Shown here: piece after piece, positions 37,965 to 49,263 of the stretch
Layout: each line of letters starts with the position of its first letter
Numbering within the stretch: the first letter of the stretch is position 1
NCBI GenBank assembly: GCA_963842945.1
Contig: CAWJIM010000020.1
Location: 32,001-96,000 of the forward strand
DNA: 64,000 bases
Reading direction: 5' to 3'
From: an uncultured Gemmatimonadales bacterium
GTDB lineage: Bacteria; Gemmatimonadota; Gemmatimonadetes; Gemmatimonadales; GWC2-71-9
Notes under the pieces: generated by a model
What the model saw: the letters and a program-made list of their open reading frames with translations, nothing else
Databases searched by the model: none
Told to the model about the DNA's origin: nothing
Translations under genes and position numbers: made by a program

Positions 37965-40541
37965 ATGACTAGAGACATCACTGGCCGGGTCCACGTACGC
38001 GGGGCCCGGGAGCACAATCTCAAGAACGTAAACCTCGATATTCCGCGCGACGCCCTGGTCGTCTTCACCGGCGTCTCCGGCTCGGGAAAATCGTCCCTGG
38101 CCTTCGGCACTCTCTACGCCGAGGCGCAGCGCCGGTATCTCGAATCGGTCTCGCCCTACGCCCGGCGTCTCTTCCATCAGATGGCCGTGCCCGAGGTGGA
38201 CCGGATCGACGGGTTGCCACCCGCGGTGGCGCTGCAACAGCAACGGGGGTCGCCCACCACCCGCTCGTCGGTAGGGAGCGTTACCACCCTCTCCAATCTG
38301 CTGCGCATGCTGTACTCCCGGGCCGGGGACTACCCCCGGGGCCAGCCGTTGCTGTATGCCGAGTCGTTCTCACCGAATACTCCCGAAGGTGCCTGCCCTC
38401 GGTGTCACGGGCTGGGTCGGGTGTATGAGGTGACCGAGCAATCCATGGTGCCGGATGACAGGCTCACCATCCGGGAACGGGCCGTGGCGGCCTGGCCGAC
38501 GGCGTGGCAGGGGCAGAATCTGCGCGACATTCTGACGACGCTGGGCCACGATGTGGACCGCCCCTGGCGGGAGCTCCCCAAGAAGACCCGGGACTGGATC
38601 CTGTTCACCGACGAGCAGCCGACCGTGCCGGTCTATGCCGGCTACACGCTGGAAGAGGTGCGCCGCGCGCTCAAGCGCAAGGAAGAGCCCAGTTACATGG
38701 GAACCTTCACCGGCGCCCGGCGTCACGTGCTGCACACCTTTGCCAATACCCAGAGCCAGATGATGAAGAAGCGGGTCGCCCAGTACATGCTGAGCAGCCT
38801 GTGTCCGCTCTGCCATGGCAAGCGACTGCGCCGGGAGTCACTGTCGGTGAAGTTTGCCGGCATGGACCTGGCCGATATGTCGCAGGTACCGCTGAAGCGG
38901 CTGGCGGGAATCTTCCGCCCGTACGCAGAAGGGAAGGCTCCTGGCCTCACCCAGCTTCAGGAGGAGCACCCGGAGAAGGCGGTGGTTACTCAGCGCATTG
39001 CGGAAGACCTGGTCGCGCGGCTGGCCATCGTGCTCGAGCTGGGGCTGGGGTACCTCACACTGGACCGCAGCACGCCCACCCTGTCGCCGGGGGAGCTGCA
39101 ACGGCTGCGTTTGGCGACCCAGGTGCACTCCAATCTGTTCGGGGTCGTGTACGTGCTGGATGAACCGTCGGCCGGGCTTCACCCGAGAGATACCGAGGCG
39201 CTGCTGGGAGCCTTGGAGACGCTCAAGACCTCCGGCAACTCGCTCTTTGTGATCGAGCACGACCTGGACGTGGTTCGTCATGCCGACTGGATCGTGGACG
39301 TGGGACCCGCCGCAGGGGAGGAGGGGGGCCATATCCTCTATAGCGGCCCCCCGGAGGGTCTGGCCCAGGTCGAAGAGTCCCGAACCCGGCGCTACTTGTT
39401 TGCCGAACCAGCGGTTCGGTTGCGAGCCCCGCGCCCGCCTCGAGGCTGGCTGCGGCTGAGCGGTGTCACCCGGAATAACCTCCACCACCTCGATGTCGCC
39501 TTTCCGCTGGGCGTTTTCACCTCCATCACCGGCGTCTCCGGCTCGGGCAAGTCGAGCCTGGTGAGTCAGGCACTGGTCGAGCTGGTGGCGGAGCAGCTCG
39601 GCCACCAGCCGCCAACCGATGACGAGGAAGGCGAAGATCTGGAGCGGTCGCCGGTGATCCTAACCGGAGGCCGGATCGCTGGGGGCCTTGAGGGAATCAA
39701 GCGACTGGTGGTGGTGGACCAGCGACCGATCGGGCGCACGCCGCGTTCGAACCTGGCCACCTATACCGGACTCTTCGATCACGTCCGCAAACTCTTCGCC
39801 GCCACCCGGCAGGCCCGCGCTCGCCACTATGACGCCGGACGCTTCTCCTTCAATGTGGCGAAGGGCCGCTGCGAGACCTGTGCGGGCGAAGGCTTCGTGA
39901 TGGTGGAGCTGCTGTTCCTGCCCAGCGTGTACACCCCCTGTCCCACCTGCCACGGCGCCCGGTACAACGCCAAAACCCTGGAGATCACCTACCGCGACAA
40001 AAACATCGCCGACGTGCTCGGCCTGACTGTGGATGATGCCTTCGAGTTCTTTGTGGACGAGCCTCATGTTCGGCGGGCGCTCGACGTGGTACGCCAGGTG
40101 GGCCTCGGCTATCTCCGGCTGGGACAACCGGCGACCGAGCTCTCCGGCGGGGAGGCCCAACGGATCAAGCTGGCGGCCGAGCTGCAGCGGATCCAGCGGG
40201 GCACCACACTGTACGTTCTCGACGAGCCCACCACCGGGCTGCACCCGGCCGATGTGGAGCGGCTCATGGCCCAGCTTGACGGGCTGGTCGAAGCCGGGAA
40301 CACGGTGATCGTGGTGGAGCATGAGATGCGGATCGTGGCGGGCAGCGACTGGGTCATCGACATCGGGCCCGGAGCCGGCGAGGAAGGAGGCCACATCGTG
40401 GCTGCCGGAACCCCGGCCGTGGTTGCCGGCTCGGCCGTGAGTCGAACGGCGCCCTATCTCGCCCGGTTCCTGGGCACTCCGGGACAGGAAGCTGCGGAAG
40501 GAGACCTGGCCCAGGCGAGCGGGCAGCTCGCGATGGCCTGA
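37965..40541 (+). CDS. UvrA-family ATPase, class II (DrrC-like)
   Basis: Two GVSGSGKS Walker A motifs, LSPGE/LSGGE signatures, LDEP; UvrB-binding segment absent. Confidence 0.88.
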   Translation: MTRDITGRVHVRGAREHNLKNVNLDIPRDALVVFTGVSGSGKSSLAFGTLYAEAQRRYLESVSPYARRLFHQMAVPEVDRIDGLPPAVALQQQRGSPTTRSSVGSVTTLSNLLRMLYSRAGDYPRGQPLLYAESFSPNTPEGACPRCHGLGRVYEVTEQSMVPDDRLTIRERAVAAWPTAWQGQNLRDILTTLGHDVDRPWRELPKKTRDWILFTDEQPTVPVYAGYTLEEVRRALKRKEEPSYMGTFTGARRHVLHTFANTQSQMMKKRVAQYMLSSLCPLCHGKRLRRESLSVKFAGMDLADMSQVPLKRLAGIFRPYAEGKAPGLTQLQEEHPEKAVVTQRIAEDLVARLAIVLELGLGYLTLDRSTPTLSPGELQRLRLATQVHSNLFGVVYVLDEPSAGLHPRDTEALLGALETLKTSGNSLFVIEHDLDVVRHADWIVDVGPAAGEEGGHILYSGPPEGLAQVEESRTRRYLFAEPAVRLRAPRPPRGWLRLSGVTRNNLHHLDVAFPLGVFTSITGVSGSGKSSLVSQALVELVAEQLGHQPPTDDEEGEDLERSPVILTGGRIAGGLEGIKRLVVVDQRPIGRTPRSNLATYTGLFDHVRKLFAATRQARARHYDAGRFSFNVAKGRCETCAGEGFVMVELLFLPSVYTPCPTCHGARYNAKTLEITYRDKNIADVLGLTVDDAFEFFVDEPHVRRALDVVRQVGLGYLRLGQPATELSGGEAQRIKLAAELQRIQRGTTLYVLDEPTTGLHPADVERLMAQLDGLVEAGNTVIVVEHEMRIVAGSDWVIDIGPGAGEEGGHIVAAGTPAVVAGSAVSRTAPYLARFLGTPGQEAAEGDLAQASGQLAMA

Positions 40542-40557
40542 GCGGGGAGTCGCTGGG

Positions 40558-40992
40558 TCAGCGGCACCCTTTATCGAAGATGATCAACCACCGGCCATCC
40601 CGCTCCCGCCGCCAGATCGAGCTGAAGGTTCCCACCTGCTGGCCTTTGGGGTCGAACACCGGGCCGCTGCTCAGGGCGAGCTTGCCCGAAGGCAGCACCT
40701 CGATCACGTCCGGCTTCCAGGAGAACGGCGGGTCCGGCTTGTCGAAGAACCGGCGCCAGCTCTTGAGCACCGCCTGTCTTGCCCCGCATCACGGTGGTGT
40801 CGCCAAAGAAAATGGCTTCGGGCGATACGTGAGAGCTAAACGCCTCGAAGTTCCGCTCGGCCATGCTGGCGGCGAAACTGCTCTCGGCGGCAAAAACCTG
40901 TTGCTTGAGCGGGAAGCTGCGCGATGTTGACTCAGGAGTGGAGAACTCAGGCCGACGACCGCGGCAGCGACCAGCAAAGCAAACCGTTTCAT
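40558..40992 (-). CDS. Secreted NTF2-like/DUF4440 protein (frameshifted)
   Basis: MKRFALL signal; AESSFAASMAERNFEAF, FSWKPD.IEV..SG.LALSSGP, F.SIWRR..DG.W.IIFDKG. Confidence 0.8.
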
Positions 40993-41115
40993 GGCGAAAT
41001 CCGGGAGGCAGGTGAGATCCCGACGGTAAGACGGCCTCGGGTGGTTACGCGGAGTGCGCGTCCCGCAGATTGGAGTGGCTGCCCCGGTAGGCGCGAAGCC
41101 AGCGCTCAAGCCCGA

Positions 41116-42012
41116 CTAGATCGGGAATGATCTCCACGCCCTTTGAGGCTCGGCAGGCGAGGCGCGCCGCGGCCGCCGACCAGGAGAGGTATGCGCCGCG
41201 GGAGACCGCGTCTCAGCGACTGGATGGTGGCGGCGTTCCTGGGGTCGAGGCTGCACCGAGCTGAGCGCCACCACGCCGAGCCGGCGCCTCGCGGGCCAGC
41301 GACACGATCTGAGCGATCGGGGTATCGACCCCGAGCACCAGCGGACGCCAGCCGGCAAAGGAGAAGACGAGGGCCGCCATCTGGAGACCGAGGCCGTGGA
41401 GCTCGCCGGGAAGAGTTGCCAGCGCGGCAATGGGGCCGGTTGCCCGATCGCTCAGCGGCAGCCGCACCGCGCGGAGAAAATCTCCCAGCACTCCAGTGGC
41501 AAAATGCTCGTGGCGAACGTCCAGCCGCCCGTGCGCCCAGGCCTCACCCACTGAAGTGAGGAACGGAGCAGCTTGGCCCTCGAGGAAACCCACAGGCCCG
41601 AGGCGGGCCCAATCGTTCTCGATCCGGCGTCTCAACCCTTCCGTATCGAACGCGCGTACCAGGGCAAGCAGCTCGTCGCCATCCTGAGGAGTCTGTTCCG
41701 GAACCGAGGGCACTCGCCCGCTTGGGAGTTGCGGCAGCGATTCGAGCAAGGCATCGAGCGCCCGCTCCGATGCCGGAACCACCTCCGCGGCCCGGTGTCC
41801 CCGGGCAATGGCCTGGGCGGCTCGGCGGAGCCGCGGGAACGAGGCCCAGCGGGTAGACGCGGTGACCAGAAGGCTTTCTGACCGGCACTGGGAAGCCATA
41901 GCGGCGCTCCCAGGTCCGGATGGTGTCGATGGGAATTCCGGTGGCAGCCGAGAGGGCGCCGATGGAGAGCAGGCCTTCACTGGAGTCCGGAGCTGAACCG
42001 CGACGGGGTCAT
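41116..42012 (-). CDS. CarH/LitR-like MerR regulator with cobalamin-binding domain (frameshifted)
   Basis: SIGALSAATGIPIDTIRTWERRYGFP.P.R.PSGHRVY; Wx9EH (WAHGRLDVRHEH); ExHxxG (ELHGLG). Confidence 0.88.
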
Positions 42013-42052
42013 AGGGGAGAAGTTAGTTCCTGAGCTGGACAGCCAGAAGAGC

Positions 42053-42084
42053 GAGCCGGCCCCGGGCACTTCCGGGACCGGCTC
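42053..42084 (-). terminator. GC-rich hairpin after the DUF378 stop
   Basis: Minus strand GAGCCGGTCCCGG-aagtgc-CCGGGGCCGGCTC; weak U-tract. Confidence 0.55.
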
Positions 42085-42090
42085 CGCCGC

Positions 42091-42315
42091 TTACGCGGTG
42101 GCGTAGCGGCGTTCGATGGCCTTCCAGCTGAGCAACCGATAGGCCGCGGAAAGACCTACCAGGACGTAGATCACCGCTCCGAGAGCGTTCTTGTTGCCGA
42201 AGCTGCCGGCGCCGGTGATGGCGGCCACGAGATCAAAGTTGGCCAGGCCGACGAGGCCCCAGTTGAGGCCGCCCACGACCAGCAGAGCGGTGGCGATGCG
42301 ATCGAGCGATTTCAT
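42091..42315 (-). CDS. DUF378 family small membrane protein
   Basis: LLVVGGLNWGLVGL.NFDLVAAI.G....IYVLVGLSA. Confidence 0.9.
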   Translation of the reverse strand: MKSLDRIATALLVVGGLNWGLVGLANFDLVAAITGAGSFGNKNALGAVIYVLVGLSAAYRLLSWKAIERRYATA

Positions 42316-42333
42316 GATGACAACTCCAGTGCT

Positions 42334-42896
42334 TTAGAAGGAGACCCGGAGTCCCGCCGTGACCGGCCAGACCCAGGCATTGGTGGTAGTGAGCTCGGAC
42401 TCGTCGCTCAGGGCGATATCTCCCTGGGGCGAGAGCACGAACGCGAAGGAAGGGTTGAAGTTGTAGGCGATCTTGGCGCCGGCATTGATGGCGAAGTAGG
42501 TGAAGTTCTCCGGTGCACCCTGGACATCGAAGGTCACGGCACCGGCGCCGAGGTTCACCAGGGCCTCCCAGCCGCGCTCCTTGGGACCGGTGAGGGAGTA
42601 GCCCACTTTGGCGAGGTAGTGCAGGGTGTTGATGTCGGTCGAGCTGGTCGCCTTGTCCTTATGCATGCCGTAGTCGAATTCTCCCAGCACGACCCAGCGG
42701 TCAGTCACCCGGTATCCCACGGCCGCGCCGACCGCACTACCGGTCTTGGCGACGTCGTCGATGTCGAAGGTGGGGACCACGGCGCCACCCAGGCCCTCGA
42801 GAAAGAGGCGCTTCTGCGGCATTTGGGCCTCCACTGGGCTTGCCCCAGGCGGCCAGCTCCGAGGCCGAGCGCCGCGGCCTGGATCCATCGTCTCAT
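42334..42896 (-). CDS. Outer-membrane beta-barrel protein, frameshift in signal peptide
   Basis: AGGAG RBS; alternating beta strands; C-terminal GLRVSF. Confidence 0.8.
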
Positions 42897-42932
42897 CACT
42901 GTTCTCTCCTGAGCTGAGGTCACATATCGCCA

Positions 42933-42972
42933 TAGGCGAACGGAATATGAACAGGTTTTGCACAGAATGCAA
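42933..42972 (-). promoter_or_regulatory. Sigma70 promoter TTGCAT-N17-CATATT overlapped by CarH-type 11-bp direct repeats
   Basis: -35 at 42972-42967, -10 at 42949-42944; plus-strand repeats TAGGCGAACGG, AATATGAACAG, GTTTTGCACAG. Confidence 0.65.
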
Positions 42973-43172
42973 GCCTGGTCAGTCGCACGAGGATCACTGG
43001 CACCAGAGCGTGGAATACAGCCGCGGGCGATAACCCTGGCCAGTGATGACGGTCCGCTAGGAGCAGAGATGCGCGCCAGGGCTCAAACGACGGATTGCCG
43101 CTCGCGCATCGCTCGGTGTAGCTTCCCCCCGCCAGACCACAACCCTCACACTCAACCCACGTTGTCTCGCCT

Positions 43173-44670
43173 ATGCCGTTCGAGACTGCCTTAGCCCAGG
43201 CACAGGTCGCCGGCTATGAGACTCCGCTGCTGGCCATCGCGCTGCGGACGGGGCAAGCTGCCTCAGTCGCTGGACGCACTCGACAAGGGAACCGGCGGTG
43301 CGCTCGCCCGGGTGCTCTCCTCGGGAGACTTCGTGGGCAAAAAGGATGAGGTGGCGGTGTTGTACCCGACAGGGCCGGCCGCTCGGGTGCTGCTGGTAGG
43401 CCTGGGTAAGCCGGATGAGATCGATCGCGCCACCATCCGGCGCGCCGCCGCCATTGCAGCCAAGCGGGCACGGTCGATCGGCGTACCGCGCGCGGCATTT
43501 CACCTGCCGGCCGAATCCCGGGGAAAAGTGGCGCCGGAAGAAGCGGCGCAGGCCATTGCCGAAGGACTGGCGGAAGGCGCCTGGCAGTACAACGAGATGA
43601 AGCGGCGGGATGAGGAGAGCAAGAAACCGCAGCTCGAGCGGTTCGACATCCTGCTGCCCGGCTCCTCCAGTGCTATTCGGGACGGGCAGCGACTAGGCGC
43701 GGCCATCGGGGCAGGGCAGACGCTTGCCCGAGGCATTCAGGTGTTGCCGGGCAACATCTGCACGCCCACCTATCTCGCCAATGTGGCGCGGGACCTGGCG
43801 CAGCGGCACGGTTTCGAGATCACCGTGCTCGACAAGGCGGCCATCGTCCGGGAGAAGATGGGGGCGCTGATGTCGGTGGCCCAGGGCAGCGCCGAAGAGC
43901 CGCGCTTCATCGCGCTGGAGTACAAGGGCGCCGAAGGGCCCCCGGTGGTGCTGATCGGTAAGGGCGTCACCTTCGACACCGGCGGCATCTCGATCAAGCC
44001 GGCCCAGAACATGGAGGACATGAAGTACGACATGTCCGGCGCTGCCGCGGTGCTGGGCACGTTCGAGGCCCTGGGCCTGCTCAAGCCGAAGGTGCACGTC
44101 GTCGGCCTCATCCCCAGCACGGAAAACATGCCAAGCGGGACCGCGGTCAAGCCGGGTGACGTGGTTACCAGCCACCTGGGCAAGACCATCGAGATCATCA
44201 ACACCGATGCGGAAGGGCGGCTCATTCTCTGCGACGCCCTCTCCTACGCCCGCCGCTACCAGCCGGCCGCAGTGATCGACATCGCCACCCTCACCGGCGC
44301 CATCGTCGTCGCCCTGGGACATACCGCGGCGGGGGTCATGGGCAGCGACGAGCAATTGGTGGAAGAGGTGCGCGCGGCCGGAGAAAAGGCGGGGGAGCGG
44401 GTGTGGCCGTTGCCGCTATGGGAGGACTACCGCGATCTGATGAAGTCCGATATCGCCGACGTCAAGAACAGCGGCGGAAGGCCCGCCGGCAGCATCTCGG
44501 CCGGCTGGTTCCTGCGCGAGTTCGTGGATGGATTCCCCTGGGCCCACCTGGACATCGCGGGCACAGCGTACACCGACCGGGAGGAGCCCACCAGGGTAAA
44601 GGGACCCACGGGCATGGGGGTGCGGTTGTTTACCGAGTTTGTTCTCGCCCGTGGCGATAGGAAAGCGTAA
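43173..44670 (+). CDS. pepA: Leucyl aminopeptidase (M17), frameshift near 43250
   Basis: GKGVTFDTGG, MKYDMSG, NTDAEGRL, ATLTGA, WAHLDIAG. Confidence 0.93.
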
Positions 44671-44800
44671 GCGGTGAGCGGTGAGCGGAACGGCCGGTGA
44701 GCGGGGAGGACCACATCCTAGCGAGCAGGCTGGTGGCTGTTCGCTGCTCACGCTGCTTTCGTTTTTCTCCCGCTCACGCTGTTCTTCTCACCGCTCACGC
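44671..44800. repeat. Inverted heptamer arms (GCGGTGA)n ... (CCGCTCAC)n
   Basis: GCGGTGAGCGGTGAGCGG..GGTGAGCGG followed by GCTCACGC..CCGCTCACGC..TCACCGCTCACGC. Confidence 0.7.
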
Positions 44801-46573
44801 CTGTCGGCTCAATTCCCCGACGAAGAGGCGGAGGACTCCGCCTCAGCCGACTCCGCCGCCGCCGACACATTCAATACCACCGAGCGCTATCTCCGAGAGC
44901 AGGCGGAGGGAAATGTCCGCGTGCCGGTGCTTCCGTTCCTGAGGGTTGAGGGGCCCCGGCCAGCACTTACCCGGATTGTCTTCACCCGGGACTCGATCGA
45001 ATGGGGACATGCGGCCACACTAGGCGATCTTCTGAGCCAGGTCCCCGGGGTCTATCTCTGGCGCGGCGGTTACATCGGTCGGCCGGAGCCGGTGAACTTC
45101 CAGGGCCGGGGCGCCTCTTCGGTCGAGTACTTCCTGGACGGGATGCCCTATGTCGCGGCGGGAATCGACAGCGTGGCGGTGGATCCGGTTCTGATTTCTC
45201 TGGTGTTCCTCGATCGCATCGAGGTGGAGCGCTGGCCGGGCCAGCTTCGGGTCCATCTGTTCACCCGCCGCAACGAGCGGCTGGCCGCCCGGTCTCGCAT
45301 CGCGATTGCCCGGGGCGACAACAGCTTCGCCCGCTACGACGCCGCCCTGGAGCGCCGGTTCACTTCGGGTGTCGGCTTTACGCTCGCCGGGGATTATCTG
45401 AGCTCGCCCACCCAGGCCGTGGTCGGCAGCACCTACTCCAACACCCAGCTCTGGGCTCAGGGAAGTTATCACCCCACATCCTGGGTGGGTCTGCAGTATC
45501 AGCTGATTCGCACCGCACCTAACCGCCGGGCGTTCGTGATCAACGACGCCGGGGCGCAGGACACCATCGGTCCGGGCTACAAGGCCAAGCGCACGGATGC
45601 ACAGCTCCGGCTCTCGCTTCGCAAGGAGCTCAACGAGCTGGGTCCGCGAGCCGACATCGTGTATTCCCGCACCTCCTGGAACGGGGACGGTCTGGATCAG
45701 CAGATCGACCAGCTGGGCGGACTCCTCAGTTATCGGACCTCCCGGCTTTCATTGGGCGGCTCCGCTTTCCATCGCACTCGCTGGACACCGTTGGATGCTC
45801 GCGTGAATGCGGGACTCAACCCGGTCGGACCCTTCAGCGCCAGCGCGGAACTGGTACACCTGAGCCATTTCGGCGGCAGGGCCAGCGACTACGCCACTCT
45901 CGCCGGCGGACTGGAGCCGTTGCGAGGATTGGCGCTGACCGGCAGCGCGCGATTGGGCAAGGTCGTTGCCGCTCCTTCGATTCCCACCGATCCCGAACAG
46001 GATGTCCACGACCTGCAGGCGGCGCTGGGATGGAGCCGGGGGCGGTTGGGATTTCAGGTGTCCTACGCCCGCACCTCGGCTTTCAGCCCGCTCGGCTACG
46101 CCGATTTTCCTGAGGTTGCTCAAATCGGACCTTCGTCCAGTACGGATTGGATCACCGCGTCGGTCCGGATTGCGCCCCTGCAATGGCTAACCCTGGAGAG
46201 CTGGTACAGCGATCCGGTGGGCGATGTCGGCCCGGAAGGAATTCCTCCTACGCACTCGATAAGCGCGGCCACAATCAGGTCCAAATTCCTCCGAGAGTTT
46301 CCCAGCGGGATTTTCGACCTGAAGCTGCGACTCAGCTTGGAGAGCTGGGGGACCGGAGTGATCGGGCGGGATTCCGTGGGGACACCGATCGAATTGCACG
46401 GGGCAACCTTCCTGCGCAGCCTGGTTCAGGTGCAGCTCGACCGGTTCTACATCTACTGGGACCGAACCAACCTGGGCTCCACCGACCTGACCTACGTGCC
46501 CGGTTTTCGGATTCCGAGCTATGGCAGCAACTTCGGGGTGAGATGGGAGTTCGACAGATTAATTGGCGACTGA
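44697..46573 (+). CDS. TonB-dependent-receptor-like protein with plug domain (both ends approximate)
   Basis: FTRDSI...TLGDLLSQVPGV, YFLDGMP, LDRIEVER; C-terminal FGVRWEF. Confidence 0.75.
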
Positions 46574-46595
46574 GGACTGACGACTGGCGACTGTG
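46566..46595 (+). repeat. Heptamer array GACTGNN
   Basis: GGC GACTGAG GACTGAC GACTGGC GACTGTG at the gene end. Confidence 0.75.
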
Positions 46596-46678
46596 CTCAC
46601 CATCACTGTCTCTCCAGACTCATCGGGTACCTTATAGGGGTACCACGATGCAGGGCGCCTTCAGCAGAGGAGAGAACT

Positions 46679-46885
46679 ATGTTCGGATTCGGCAACAGGA
46701 ACCGGGGCCGCCGGGTAAGGAACGATACGTTCAGCGGCAGCAGGCTACGGAATGCGGCGCTGGCCGGGGTTGGAATGCTGGCCTGGCGCTGGTGGCGGAA
46801 CCGGCAGGGAAACGCCGCCCGCCCCACGACCTATCAGGACACGTCCTTCAACGACACCTCGACTCGCTCAGCCGGGGCACTCTAG
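46679..46885 (+). CDS. Small basic membrane-associated hypothetical protein
   Basis: GAGGAG RBS; AALAGVGMLAWRWWRNR; followed by a strong hairpin. Confidence 0.65.
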   Translation: MFGFGNRNRGRRVRNDTFSGSRLRNAALAGVGMLAWRWWRNRQGNAARPTTYQDTSFNDTSTRSAGAL

Positions 46886-46911
46886 CAGCGCTAGAGCGTT
46901 TAGAATGTACC

Positions 46912-46948
46912 AGAGGTGGTGGTGCTAAGTTTCGGCACCACCACCTCT
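46912..46948 (+). terminator. 14-bp perfect hairpin between convergent genes
   Basis: AGAGGTGGTGGTGC-taagtttcg-GCACCACCACCTCT. Confidence 0.75.
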
Positions 46949-47020
46949 TGTGCATACGAGTTCAGGTTCCTTCGCATTCGCTCAGGGTGACCGACTCTGA
47001 CGACTGGGGACCGTGGACTC

Positions 47021-49094
47021 CTATAACCGATATCCTACTATCGTTCCCGGCCCAGTTCTCAGGAACAGCATGCCCGCGATGTCATCCACCGCGTAGACCG
47101 GCTCCTTCTCTTTCCCCAGATCGATTCGCCCGCGCGGCTCGGCGCTCACCTTGTCGATCTGAAGCAGCACGTTGCCTTTACCTTCGGGCGACTTGGTCAG
47201 CATGAACACCGAGCTCGGGACGGTGAGCGAGGCCTTGAAGCGCCTCGTCGCCATGGCGGCTGACTGGCGGGCGTATCCCTGGAGCTGGGCTCCGCCCTCA
47301 GAGTACGCGGTAGCCAGCTGGCTGGTAATCTGTTTCGTGGTCGCATCCGTGGCGCGGCGCGACGCATCCGCAAAGGCATCGCCATAGGCGGAGGCTGCCG
47401 CGCCGTAGAGTCCTGCGCGGACGGCATTGATGCCATGCAGCGCGCGAAGCAGACCCGACAGTTGGGGAGCAGGGTAGTAGACCTGCTTCTTCACCTGACC
47501 GTCCCGTCCGAGAATGACCAGGTTCTGAGGGGCGATGAGCACAATGCCCTCGCGCCTGATCTCCATGTCGATCGGATCCTCGCCGCCATCCAGCTTGATT
47601 TCGCCGCCGCGGGGCTCGAAGGTGCCGGTCTCGCGATCCACCGCATAGAGCTGGCGGTTCTTGTTGGCGAAGACGTACATCGTCCGGCCCTCGGTCGCAT
47701 GCAGCAGCCGGTAACGATCGGCATTGTAGCCGGTCGAACTCATCGGTTTCCCACTCTCGATGGCATCCTTGTATCCCCGCTCGCCGGTGTTCAGGTCGAT
47801 GAAGTTCACCTCGGCATTGGTGGCGGCGTCCGGCCGAGTCACATAGAGCAAACCGGAGCGACCCAGCTCGGCATAGTCCAGCTGGCCTTTGATCTTGACG
47901 TCCTTCTTCAGCCGCAAGGTCGCGCTGGCGACATCGAGCACATTGAGGAACGTCTTCGACTCGGCATCGACCGCGAGCACTGCCGACTCTCCGGTCACGA
48001 GGGCATCGGTGACATTGCCCCGCATCTTGACCGGCTTTGCGGCGATGGTTTTCCCGTCCTCGTAGCGGGCCACGTTGAGGCCGGTCTGTACCACTCCATT
48101 GGATACCGTTCGGCTGCCGGAAAGCTCTCCCTCCGGTGCGGCTTCCGGGCAGAATGATGATTCCCGCCGGGTGCTGTACGATGTCATGAATCCACCCATT
48201 GACCGTGGCCGGCTGGGCCCACAGCGGTTTGCCATCGCTCAGGTGATAAGCCATCAGCCGGTCGTCGAAGCTCACATAGATGCGGTCCTTCTTGTCGATC
48301 GATGGGTAAAGCCGGACATGCTTTGCCGGATTGCCGGCCCGGGCTGTGGGCAGTGCGGCAGACCAGCGCATGTTCCCGCTCCGCGCGTCCAGTCCCCGGA
48401 GGCCCATCAGCGTGTGCACCACGATCATATCCGGTCCGGCCTGCAGCACCTCGAGAGCGGTGGCCTCCGAGACTTTCTGGACCAGACCCTGGACCAGCCC
48501 ACCGAGCCCTTTCTTCTTGGGCTCGGTCTGAACGAACAGCGACTCGCTGGCCCAGCGCTGATCCCCGCTTACCAGGTCGTATAAGGCAACAACTGGCGGG
48601 CCGGACGGTCGGCGACCATGCACCAGCAGCGTGCCGGTCTGTGGCAGAACGCGACGGGTGACGACATCCGCCAGTCCCAGGCGTCGGGAATCGAACACCA
48701 CGGAGCCGGTCACTGGATCAAAGACCAGAAGCAGGCCGGGTCGAGCCGCCTCCATGAGGATGGAGCCCTCGACAATCCGGACGCTGTCCGGCGGCAAGCC
48801 GCCCAGCTCGGGCTTCTCCCAAATGACCTGTCCCCGATCGATATCGATGCCGGTGAGGGCGTCGTCGGTGGAGATAAGCAGCGTTCCTGCGGGCGTAACC
48901 TGCTGCCACCGGAGGTCCTGCTTCAGCTTCAAGGTCCACACCGGGTTCGCCTTGCCCGGCGCGGCCGGGACGGCAACCCGGGCGGCGGCCGACGTGACGG
49001 TTTGCCCCTGGGCAGCTCCGGTCAGTAGTGAAATCAGGAGAAGCGTCAGGCCGGTCCTGAGCAGATAGGATGGAATGGTCCGTTGAACGGTCAC
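47021..49094 (-). CDS. Secreted PQQ-like (BamB-type) beta-propeller repeat protein, frameshift near 48150
   Basis: Repeats GID..RGQVIWE, YDLVSGDQRW, GLDARSGNMRW, AYHLSDGKPLW; continues in ORF 47021-48235. Confidence 0.75.
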
Positions 49095-49158
49095 GGCAGT
49101 CCTCGGTGCGGCGGTCTGGGGGGAAGGCGGGCCGTTCGGGGGCAGATGCTGTGCCAGT

Positions 49159-49235
49159 GGAGCTGGGAGCTAGAAGCTGGGAGCTAGAAGCGTGTCACCA
49201 CCAACCTCTCGGCTCCTAGCTCCAAGCTCCTAGCT
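49159..49235. repeat. Inverted heptamer arms (GGAGCTR)n ... (TAGCTCC)n
   Basis: GGAGCTG GGAGCTA GAAGCTG GGAGCTA GAAGC ... GCTCC TAGCTCC AAGCTCC TAGCT. Confidence 0.85.
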
Positions 49236-49263
49236 GGATTAACTTTCTAGGCTGTTCCGGCTC

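Noticed and set aside
42973..43172. Cobalamin riboswitch near the B12-binding regulator
   Set aside because: No B12-box or other cobalamin riboswitch motif recognised by eye; region looks like the pepA promoter.
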